Assembly: GCA_031416315.1 (NCBI GenBank)
Contig: JANOTL010000025.1
Span: forward strand, 1 to 16,972
Direction of reading: 5' to 3'
Length of the DNA: 16,972 nt
From: Pseudomonadota bacterium
GTDB taxonomy: Bacteria; Bdellovibrionota_B; Oligoflexia; Oligoflexales; CAIYRB01
Shown here: in pieces, positions 7,390 to 14,646 of the stretch
How the letters are laid out: every line of letters starts with the position of its first letter
Position numbering within the stretch: position 1 is the first letter of the stretch
Translations under genes and position numbers: made by a program
The notes under the pieces: model-generated
What the model was told of the DNA's origin: nothing
The model's database searches: none
Seen by the model: the letters and a program-made list of their open reading frames with translations, nothing else

Positions 7390-8862
7390 ATGCGTAAGCT
7401 CACCACCTCGATCCTCCTCGCCCTCGCCTTCGTGGCCTGCGGGGTGTCGGACACCGACGAAGAAGACAAGAAGAAGGGCGGCGATCACGTGCCCGAGGAC
7501 ACCGAGTATCGGGTCGCCTCGAGCGACATGCCGAAGGTGCCCGGCGGCGCCGGCCACACGAAGCTCGAATACGCCGCCGAGCCGATGCTCCGGAAGTTTC
7601 TCCACTTGGCCGAGCGCTATGAGATCTGCGTCGACCCAGCCGAGGTGACGCCGGAGGCCTTCGCCGCCATCCAAGCGCGGCTGAAGGCGGGCGGCGAGCC
7701 GGTGAAGGCGCGCGGGCTCGAGTCGATCGCCAACTACGCGCTGACGAACGTCGATCAGTTCCGCCCCGGCGTGAAGAAATTCTCGAGCCGCGTCACCTTG
7801 GACCTCGTCTACATCACGCCCGGCGCCGCGTGCTCCTTCGCCGTCCTGCGCCGACCGGCCTCGGCCTTCCCGTTCAACGAGCCGCTCTTCTCCGGCAAAA
7901 ACGTCCGCTTTCTCTACGCCGGCCGCATCATCGACCGCAGCGACGAATCCCGCGTCAACCAGGTCGCGATCGGGTACGCGCTCGATTCCCTAGATACGCC
8001 GCGTCTCGCACTGGCCGTCCAGTATCTCGTCGCTTCCTACCTGGGCCTGAGCGAGTCGCCGTCGAACAAGAGCGTCCTCAACGACGATCTGCGGCCCGAT
8101 GCGGAGTGGCAGATCGACAATTTCGGTCCCGACTATCAAGTCCTCTTTACCTTTGCGCTGGCCTATCGCAGCATCCTGCGCCCGACCGACCTCGCCACGT
8201 TTCACCACTACGCCGACACGCTCGGCTTCGCCGCGCCACCGACCGATCCCTTGCTCGCGATCCCAGCGGGCTCGACGCCTCCCCGCTTCGTCGACGTGCT
8301 CGGCCACAACGAGCTGACCGGCGTGCGCCTCGCTTACGAGCCGTTCTCGATCTGCGCCGCGAACGACACGGCGAAGAGTCCGACCGAGGCGCAGTTGCAA
8401 GCTGCCATCGCATTCTTCTCCAGTGCGACCCCGGGAAGCCTCGCAGCGAACCTCAAGACGGCCGAGCCGAAGCTCGAGCTGCAGGCGACCCTCGCGGCTG
8501 CCGGCGCGCCCTGCAAGCTCCTCGTCGCCTTCCGTGACGACACGCAGTATCCCTTCGCCGGCAAAGCCTTCAACGGGCTCTACGCCCACGAGGGTCAGGT
8601 CAAGGATGCCGCGGGCGCCGCGAGCGCGATCCCCGTGATCTACCTCAACATGACCAACTTGGCGGCGGAGAAGTCCGCCACCGATGCCAAGTGGCTCGGC
8701 TACGTGCTCGAGCACGAGGCCGCGCACTTCATGGGCCTGAAGCATTCGCGATCGATACGCTCGATCCTTTCGCCCAGCGGCTACAACAAGACGTACGACC
8801 TCGACGGCGGCGACCGCGCGCAATTCGCGGCCTGGGCCACGGAAGCCCTGAAGCCGAGATAA
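7390..8862 (+). CDS. Lipoprotein zinc metalloprotease (metzincin/matrixin-like) with an N-terminal degenerate duplicate domain
   Basis: GGAG RBS; lipobox AFVA-C; HEAAHFMGLKH (HExxHxxGxxH, 8713-8745) followed by a Met-turn-like SILSP. The N-terminal half parallels the C-terminal half. Confidence 0.8.
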   Translation: MRKLTTSILLALAFVACGVSDTDEEDKKKGGDHVPEDTEYRVASSDMPKVPGGAGHTKLEYAAEPMLRKFLHLAERYEICVDPAEVTPEAFAAIQARLKAGGEPVKARGLESIANYALTNVDQFRPGVKKFSSRVTLDLVYITPGAACSFAVLRRPASAFPFNEPLFSGKNVRFLYAGRIIDRSDESRVNQVAIGYALDSLDTPRLALAVQYLVASYLGLSESPSNKSVLNDDLRPDAEWQIDNFGPDYQVLFTFALAYRSILRPTDLATFHHYADTLGFAAPPTDPLLAIPAGSTPPRFVDVLGHNELTGVRLAYEPFSICAANDTAKSPTEAQLQAAIAFFSSATPGSLAANLKTAEPKLELQATLAAAGAPCKLLVAFRDDTQYPFAGKAFNGLYAHEGQVKDAAGAASAIPVIYLNMTNLAAEKSATDAKWLGYVLEHEAAHFMGLKHSRSIRSILSPSGYNKTYDLDGGDRAQFAAWATEALKPR

Positions 8863-8864
8863 AT

Positions 8865-8890
8865 ACCCCTCCATTTACGTAAAGGCGGGT
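8865..8890. other. Imperfect hairpin centred on palindrome TTTACGTAAA (possible terminator or operator)
   Basis: ACCCCTCCA-TTTACGTAAA-GGCGGGT immediately after the protease stop codon; no U-tract. Confidence 0.3.
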
Positions 8891-8951
8891 GCGTGGTGCA
8901 CCGGCCAGGGCGAAGCCATGCCCAAAAATTTCCTCGAGGACGGAGTCATCC

Positions 8952-9671
8952 ATGCAAGCTTCCACGGCGATTCTCTATGTCAACCTGATCGTGACCGCGC
9001 TCTTCCTCTTCCTCGCCACCACCGCATGCGGCCCCGGAGACGGCGTCGTCAGCGAAGGCGAGAAGGCCGAGCGGCAGAAGCAGGCTTTCGACCTGAAGGG
9101 CAGCTACCTCGAGGACGCGAGCGGCGGCAGTCCGGCGCGCCTCGACATCGTCGACGAGACCGGTCGTCACGACGTCGTCGTGACCCTCGACAATCCGCGG
9201 GGCCTCGAAGGCGAAGATCGCGTGGCGCTCCGGGCGGCGCTCAGGCGCGACAATCCGGCGTTGGCCGACGCCGACCTCGAGGAGATCGTCTCGCGCATCG
9301 TCGGAGCCTTGGTCGCCCTGAAGCTCGGCGAAGGTCAGACCTTCACCCCACGCGGCGGCGAGAACGTCGTTCTCGACGGCGTCGGCGACATGAGCGAGCT
9401 CGCGCTGCGCAAGGATCTCGGCAGCGTCTTTCGGGACGCGGCCAACGACTACGCGCTCACGGTCAGCTTCTTCGCCACGGCCTATCGCGCCACGCGCCGG
9501 CTCGACTACCGCACGACGGCCGCGACCGACACGCTCGGCAAGAGCGTGAGCGGCACCAAGGGCCTCTTCATCACCGTAACCAACATGGTGCGCGAGCAAG
9601 ACGGCACGCCGCGCACCCGCGACGTCTCGCGCGACCAGGCGCTTCGAACCGGGGCTTTCCTCAAGTATTGA
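8952..9671 (+). CDS. Hypothetical lipoprotein
   Basis: GGAG at 8942-8945 before ATG 8952; hydrophobic signal with lipobox LATTA-C; globular-looking composition; co-oriented with its neighbours. Confidence 0.75.
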   Translation: MQASTAILYVNLIVTALFLFLATTACGPGDGVVSEGEKAERQKQAFDLKGSYLEDASGGSPARLDIVDETGRHDVVVTLDNPRGLEGEDRVALRAALRRDNPALADADLEEIVSRIVGALVALKLGEGQTFTPRGGENVVLDGVGDMSELALRKDLGSVFRDAANDYALTVSFFATAYRATRRLDYRTTAATDTLGKSVSGTKGLFITVTNMVREQDGTPRTRDVSRDQALRTGAFLKY

Positions 9672-9711
9672 GTTGCGACTTTTTCGAGAAACCACTTTAG
9701 GAGCGAACATC

Positions 9712-10671
9712 ATGCGTACGATGCGAATCATGTCCCTCGCGAGCAGTTTGGCCCTGACGCTCGCCGCCACCGGCTGCGGCGTCTGGATCGACAGCGACGA
9801 CGACGACGACGACTACCACGGCAACCACAAGACGGAGTCGTTCCGCACCCCGTCGCCGTCGCCCTCGCCTTCCTCGCAGCCGAAGCCGGTCCAAGAGCCG
9901 GTGCCGGCCGGCCCCGTCAGCTTCGAAGGCTATGTGCAAAGCGCTTTCGAGGTGAACGTCGACGGCACCCCGTATCCCGACATCGAGGCGTTCTACACGG
10001 CCGAAAGCGCGCGGCTCGGCGAGCGCGTGCTCGCCGCCGGCTACGACGCGACCTGGGAGGCGCGCTTCGACGCCCAGGTCGGCATCGCCGACCTCTGGCG
10101 GGAGATGACCGTCTACCTCGCGCCGCTGAACGACACCGGTTATCAAGCGCAGACCACGGTGCGCGAGAACGGTCGCTTCGCGACGACCTTGCCCGCGAAC
10201 GCGGTCGAGCACGAGTACCGCGTGCGCGCCAACAAGCGCATCGCCATCGTCCTGACCCGCGAGGACGAGACGATCAAGATCTGCTACAACTTCTCCGCGA
10301 TCGAGCAGCGCGTGCCCTTCGCCCGCGACGGCCTGCCGATCATCCTCGACAACTTCAACACGCAAATAACCAGCTACGCGTGCGAGGTTGCCGAGGGCGG
10401 CGTCACCGTGCCGACCGCGCCCGCGCCGAAAAAGCTCGCCGCCGGCCGCACGAAGAGCGAGGTCGCGAGTCTCCTCGGCGTCGAGGGCCTCTACGTCTCG
10501 TCGGCCACGGAATGGTGCTGGGCCTACCGCCCGGGCACGAAGGGCGTCTGCGCCGAAGACAAAGTGGAAACCGGCTGCGATTGTAAGGTCGTCTTCGACG
10601 ACTCCGGCATCGTCGCGAGCTTCGAGAACGTCGCGACCTGGGCCCTGGCGCCTTCGGCCGTGACGCCGTAA
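9712..10671 (+). CDS. Lipoprotein with poly-Asp/Pro-rich linker and C-terminal SmpA/OmlA (BamE)-like domain
   Basis: AGGAG at 9699-9703; lipobox LAATG-C; DDDDDD and PSPSPSPS linker. C-terminal KLAAGRTKSEVASLLG...W.WAY...VVFDDSGIV resembles the SmpA_OmlA pattern. Confidence 0.75.
   Translation: MRTMRIMSLASSLALTLAATGCGVWIDSDDDDDDYHGNHKTESFRTPSPSPSPSSQPKPVQEPVPAGPVSFEGYVQSAFEVNVDGTPYPDIEAFYTAESARLGERVLAAGYDATWEARFDAQVGIADLWREMTVYLAPLNDTGYQAQTTVRENGRFATTLPANAVEHEYRVRANKRIAIVLTREDETIKICYNFSAIEQRVPFARDGLPIILDNFNTQITSYACEVAEGGVTVPTAPAPKKLAAGRTKSEVASLLGVEGLYVSSATEWCWAYRPGTKGVCAEDKVETGCDCKVVFDDSGIVASFENVATWALAPSAVTP
9796..9813 (+). repeat. (GAC)6 trinucleotide repeat encoding poly-Asp
   Basis: Six exact in-frame GAC copies. 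Confidence 0.85.
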
Positions 10672-10698
10672 GCGAAGGGGGAAAGTCCGTTGGAGCGA

Positions 10699-11100
10699 CT
10701 AAGGCTTTTTCTTGGCCTTCGTCGCTCCTCCGATCGTTTTCACGTCCTTCAGCCGCGCGCTCATCTGGAGCAGGCAGGGTGGATTCGGGTCCCCGTCGCA
10801 GCAAGCCTGCGTGAGCGTGCCGGCAACGACGCGCTTACGCAGCTTCTCGCAGGTGCGGCCTTCGTTCTCCGACACCCAGGCGTTGATCTCGGCCTTGGTC
10901 GCGGCGTCTTTGCCGGTGACGATGAGGCCGGCGTAGCCGGTCGATTCCTTGATCTTGCTCGTGTCGACCGACTTGCAGCCCTCGACTTTGAACTGCACGG
11001 CCTGCGGCTCGGTCGCAGCGCAGCTAGCACGCGCAACGCCGGAGGCGGCAATGAGGAGCACGGCTAGTGCCGGAACTAGGAGCCTGAAAGTGTGGTGCAC
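10699..11100 (-). CDS. Small secreted Cys-rich hypothetical protein
   Basis: GGAGG upstream of GTG 11100; signal peptide ending in VARA; six Cys including ACCDGDPNPPC; basic C-terminus. Confidence 0.75.
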   Translation of the reverse strand: MHHTFRLLVPALAVLLIAASGVARASCAATEPQAVQFKVEGCKSVDTSKIKESTGYAGLIVTGKDAATKAEINAWVSENEGRTCEKLRKRVVAGTLTQACCDGDPNPPCLLQMSARLKDVKTIGGATKAKKKP

Positions 11101-11134
11101 GGCGATTCCCTCCGCCGTGCAGCATAGCACTTTC

Positions 11135-11494
11135 TCAGCTCTTGCCGAGGAATTGCAGCAGTTTCTGGGTTTCTTCCGACGTCAGTGGCTCCCGGGCGCG
11201 CGCCGGTGGCATATAGAGCTTGGGATCGGAGGTCGTGATGCGAGCGGCGATGCCGTCGCCTGTGGCTTGCGTCAACGCCTCGTCGCCGACGAACGGCGTG
11301 TGCTTCGCGCCCGGGGAGTGACAGCCGCCGCAGCTCTTCTCGAGGATCGGGTTGATCTCCGAGGCGAAGACGCTGGGCGCCTCGGGCGTGGGCGCCGGGA
11401 CCTCCGGCGTCGGCTTCTTCGCGGATTCCTCGTCTTTTTTTGAGGCGCCGCAGCCGAGGAAGGCGAGGGCCGTAAGAATGTACAAGAGACGCAT
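11135..11494 (-). CDS. Small monoheme c-type cytochrome lipoprotein
   Basis: AAGGA RBS; lipobox FLG-C; Pro-rich linker; F..EINPILEKS-CGGCH (11318-11332) and a distal YMPP with candidate Met axial ligand. Resembles planctomycete-type cytochrome c domains. Confidence 0.85.
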   Translation of the reverse strand: MRLLYILTALAFLGCGASKKDEESAKKPTPEVPAPTPEAPSVFASEINPILEKSCGGCHSPGAKHTPFVGDEALTQATGDGIAARITTSDPKLYMPPARAREPLTSEETQKLLQFLGKS

Positions 11495-11521
11495 GGCGAT
11501 GTTCCTTAAACTTTCGATCGA

Positions 11522-11839
11522 TTACTGCGCTCTGATCCAGAGCGCAGGGAGTTGATGATAATGGTCGTACAGCGGCCCTTCGGCGGTGGCGTCGTACGCC
11601 GCCCCGATGACGCAGTCCCAGGTGCCGCCGAGAGGCGCCATGTCTTCGCCGTGCTCGCACGGGATGCCGTCGTTGGTGTGGACCGCATGGACCTCGGTGT
11701 CGTCGTTGACGATCCGCAGCGTGTCCCCGATCGAGAGCTCGACCATGGTCTCCTGCGTGTTCCACAGCCCGGCGCCCGTTCCCGGCGCGATGTGGAGCTC
11801 GACGATCTGCGACAACATGAACAAGACGGCGAAATTCAA
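11522..11839 (-). CDS. Cupredoxin-like small protein with a non-canonical ligand set
   Basis: GGAGG RBS before TTG 11839. VELSIGDTLRIVNDDTEVHAVH matches the cupredoxin strand pattern (V.VGDTV.W.N.D...H.V), followed by PCEH and LYDHYH. Confidence 0.7.
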   Translation of the reverse strand: MNFAVLFMLSQIVELHIAPGTGAGLWNTQETMVELSIGDTLRIVNDDTEVHAVHTNDGIPCEHGEDMAPLGGTWDCVIGAAYDATAEGPLYDHYHQLPALWIRAQ

Positions 11840-11916
11840 AGTAAATCCTCCTGGAAGTGGTCTCGGACCCCGTGGATCCTGAATCCCATCCTAGGCGGAC
11901 GGCCTCGCGCCGAGAA

Positions 11917-12876
11917 CTAACAGTCCTTCCCATTCTCTGATCGGACTCGATCGGAAACCAGGTAGTGCAGGGAGAAGCGCTGCGCCGAATCCGTCCAAGT
12001 CCGCTCGCAACGGAATCCCGCCATGCGGGCGAGCGCGCGGAAACCGGCGATCGTGTATTTGTGCGAGCTCTCCGTGTGGATCGTCTCGCCCTTGCGCAGG
12101 TGAACGCGCAGGTCGCCGACCGTGACCTCCTGGTCGCAACGGCTGCGCAGGTGCATCTCGATGCGTTCGTGATCCTCGTCGAAATACGCCACGTGCTCGA
12201 AACGTTCGGGCTCGAAGGTCGGGCCGAGCCGGCGATTGAGGTGATGCAGCACGTTCAGGTTGAACGCGGCCGTGTAGCCCTGCGCATCGTTGTAGGCGCG
12301 CTCCAAAGTCTGCCGATCCTTCACGAGGTCGACGCCGATCAGGAGCGCAGGCTGCGGCGCGAGCTTGCGGAAGCGCATCATGAGGCGCACGGCCGCGAAG
12401 GGGTCGAAGTTGCCGATGGTCGAGCCGGCGAAATAAAGCAGAACCGAGCGGCTTTCGACCACCGCGCGCGGCAAGCTCACCTTCGCGGTGAAATCCGCGG
12501 TCACGGGCCAGAGCCTCAGCTCCGGGAAATAGTCGTGGAGCCGCACGCACGAGTCGATCATCGCCTCGCGAGAGACGTCGACGGCCGCGTAGTGTTTCGG
12601 CCGCTCCATCGCTTGCAGCAGGATTCGCGCCTTTTGGCAGTTGGAGCTGCCGATGTCGACGAGCGCCGCCTCGGGTCCGACAAGCGCGGCGATCTCCGCC
12701 GCGTGCGTGCGCAGGATCTCCGTCTCGGCGCGCGTCGGATAATACTCCGCCGTCTCGGTAATGCGGTCGAAGAGCGCAGAGCCGCGCTCGTCGTAGAAGT
12801 ACTTGCAAGGCAAGCGTTTCGGCTGCGCGCGCAGCCCTCGTCTGACGTCGTCGAGCGTTTCATGCGTCGTTTGCAA
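11917..12876 (-). CDS. egtD: L-histidine N-alpha-trimethyltransferase EgtD
   Basis: KRLPCKYFYDERGSALFDRIT..AEYYPTRAE, GSTIGNF, LLIGVDLVKD, AYNDAQG.TAAFNLN, RIEMHL and IHTESSHKY. TTG start with GGGAG RBS, overlapping the 3' end of egtB. Confidence 0.95.
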   Translation of the reverse strand: MQTTHETLDDVRRGLRAQPKRLPCKYFYDERGSALFDRITETAEYYPTRAETEILRTHAAEIAALVGPEAALVDIGSSNCQKARILLQAMERPKHYAAVDVSREAMIDSCVRLHDYFPELRLWPVTADFTAKVSLPRAVVESRSVLLYFAGSTIGNFDPFAAVRLMMRFRKLAPQPALLIGVDLVKDRQTLERAYNDAQGYTAAFNLNVLHHLNRRLGPTFEPERFEHVAYFDEDHERIEMHLRSRCDQEVTVGDLRVHLRKGETIHTESSHKYTIAGFRALARMAGFRCERTWTDSAQRFSLHYLVSDRVRSENGKDC

Positions 12877-14026
12877 GGCGAGCTCCCGAGAATTGCCACC
12901 GCGCTTCGGGTGGGAAGAAATTGCGATACGTCACGCGCGCATGCCCCGGCGGGGTCGCGCACGAGCCGCCGCGGAGGACGATCTGGTTGCACATGAATTT
13001 GGCGTTGTACTCGCCTAGCGCGCCCGGCGGCGGTCGAAAGCCGGGATAAGGCGAGTAGGCGCTCTGCGTCCATTCCCACACCTCGCCGTAACGAAGGGTC
13101 GGCGCCGCAGCTTCCCATTCCGCCTCGGTCGGCAGGCGTGCGCCTTTCCAGGTCGCGTAAGCGTGCGCTTCGTAAAAGCTGAGATGACGAGCGGGGGCAA
13201 CGCCGTCTAGCGGCAGCGCTCCGTGAAGGCTCATCGTTCGCCAGCCGCGCGCGTCTTGCCGCCAATAAAGCGGCGACCGCCAGTCCTCGCTCTTCGCCTT
13301 TGCCCAGCCGTCGGAGAGCCAGAGCTCGGGCCGAGCGTAGCCGCCATCCTCGATGAACTGCAGAAATTCGTCATTCGAGACCGGCTCGGTGGCGATCACG
13401 AAGTCGCGAAGCAGCACTTCGTGCCGCGGCGTCTCGTTGTCGAAGCAAAACGCCCGCCCCTCGCTCCCGAGCCACCGTCGCCCTCCGGAGACATGCTGCC
13501 ACCGCGATGTTTCCCGGGGCGGCGTCGGCGGGGGAGACGCCGCGTCGTAAGCGGGCTCCGAAGGATTCACCGCGAGATTGTAAAGAATGTCGGTAAGGAT
13601 CAGCTCCTGGTGCTGCTCCTCGTGGTGGATGCCGATCTCGAGGCGGCGCAAGGCCTCGGCATCCGCCGGGCTCTCGCGGAAAAAGGCGACCACATTGGCG
13701 GAGATGCGCTCGCGAAGCGCCATAACTTCGGCCAAGGACGGGCGGCTCAGGAGCCCACGCGCCGGCCTCGCCCAAAAACCCGTCGACGCCGTCTCATAAT
13801 ATGAGTTGAAGAGCATCGTGCGCGTCGCGTCGAAGACGCGGTCCACGCCCGCCGGTCCGAGGATGAACTCCTCGAAAAACCAGCTGGTATGCGCGAGATG
13901 CCATTTCGTCGGGCTCGTTTCGGGGCTGGCCTGGAGCTGACAGTCTTCGGCCGACAGGGGGGCCGTCAGGGCTTCAGTCTGCCGCCGCGTGTGCGTGAAT
14001 CGTTCTAGGAGCAACTCGACCTGCAT
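12860..14026 (-). CDS. egtB: Ergothioneine biosynthesis sulfoxide synthase EgtB (type II signature)
   Basis: DinB-like domain with SPTKWHLAHTSWFFE and HHEEQHQEL (three-His iron site), FNSYY and RPARGLLSRP. FGE-like domain with FDNETPRH, RLPTEAEWE, VWEWT, GEYNAKFM, VLRGGS and YRNFF. GAGGTG RBS. Confidence 0.95.
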   Translation of the reverse strand: MQVELLLERFTHTRRQTEALTAPLSAEDCQLQASPETSPTKWHLAHTSWFFEEFILGPAGVDRVFDATRTMLFNSYYETASTGFWARPARGLLSRPSLAEVMALRERISANVVAFFRESPADAEALRRLEIGIHHEEQHQELILTDILYNLAVNPSEPAYDAASPPPTPPRETSRWQHVSGGRRWLGSEGRAFCFDNETPRHEVLLRDFVIATEPVSNDEFLQFIEDGGYARPELWLSDGWAKAKSEDWRSPLYWRQDARGWRTMSLHGALPLDGVAPARHLSFYEAHAYATWKGARLPTEAEWEAAAPTLRYGEVWEWTQSAYSPYPGFRPPPGALGEYNAKFMCNQIVLRGGSCATPPGHARVTYRNFFPPEARWQFSGARLANDA

Positions 14027-14059
14027 CCGGCACCTCGCGGGTCCTCATGCAGGTCGAGT
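14014..14059. repeat. 13-bp perfect inverted repeat covering the egtB start codon
   Basis: ACTCGACCTGCAT (14014-14026) and ATGCAGGTCGAGT (14047-14059), with a 20-nt spacer that contains the RBS. Confidence 0.8.
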
Positions 14060-14063
14060 GCCA
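14048..14063 (-). promoter_or_regulatory. Putative sigma54 (-24/-12) promoter for egtBD
   Basis: The minus strand reads TTGGCAC-TCGAC-CTGCA, with exact GG-N10-GC spacing and a close match to TGGCAC-N5-TTGC. It ends about 22 bp upstream of the egtB ATG. Confidence 0.55.
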
Positions 14064-14168
14064 AGCCGCCTGTCGCGCTCAGCTGCCTTTCAAGGTGGCG
14101 GAAGCAGCCGCTGCCTTTGAGATTGCCCGCGTTCGCGGTCCGCCGCCGGTGGCCGCAATGTCGCGACC

Positions 14169-14636
14169 TTACCAGGTGCGAAACGGCTTCCGCACCAGGT
14201 TGACGTTGAAGTAGCGGCCGTCGCTCGACACCTCGGCCCCGAGCCAAGCCGGACGAGCGAAGACCTCCGCTTCGGCTCCGAGCTCGATCTCGGCCACCAC
14301 GAGGCCGGCGTTGTCGCCGTGAAACTCGTCGACCTCCCAGGTATGCCCGCCGTGCTCGACGAGATGTCGCGTCTTCGCCAGGATCGGCTGCTCGCAGATC
14401 TGCGCCAGGATCTCTTCCGCGTCGACGACCGGGATCTCGTACTCGAACTCGAGCCGGGAGACGCCGCGCGTCTCGCCTTTGATCGTCAGGAAAGCTTTCG
14501 AACCGGCGACGCGAATTCTCGCCGTGGCACCCTTGCCAGCGACGAGATATCCCTGCGCAAGGCGGGTCGCGCTCTTCACGTCGCGGCGCCACGCTTCCGA
14601 GGTCACGAGAAATTTGCGCTCGATCTCTTGGGCCAT
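14169..14636 (-). CDS. CYTH domain protein (triphosphate tunnel metalloenzyme)
   Basis: N-terminal EIERKFLV (ExExK), QGYL, RIRV, LTIKG, RLEFEYEIP, KTRH, WEVDEF.G.N.GLVVAEIEL and P.WLG.EVS.D.RY.N. Confidence 0.95.
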   Translation of the reverse strand: MAQEIERKFLVTSEAWRRDVKSATRLAQGYLVAGKGATARIRVAGSKAFLTIKGETRGVSRLEFEYEIPVVDAEEILAQICEQPILAKTRHLVEHGGHTWEVDEFHGDNAGLVVAEIELGAEAEVFARPAWLGAEVSSDGRYFNVNLVRKPFRTW

Positions 14637-14646
14637 GCCTCAGACC

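Noticed and set aside
11435..11441. A7 homopolymer in the cytochrome c lipoprotein gene as a phase-variation tract
   Set aside because: The run is short, spans Ser-Lys-Lys codons, and the frame is intact.
12860..14026. Selenoneine (SenA) or ovothiol (OvoA) synthase assignment
   Set aside because: No senB/senC (selD-like) neighbours and no C-terminal methyltransferase fusion; adjacency to egtD fits EgtB.
14169..14636. CYTH protein as a second adenylate cyclase linked to the class III cyclase
   Set aside because: Short CYTH proteins of this type are mostly triphosphatases, and the two genes are about 13 kb apart with no sign of linkage.
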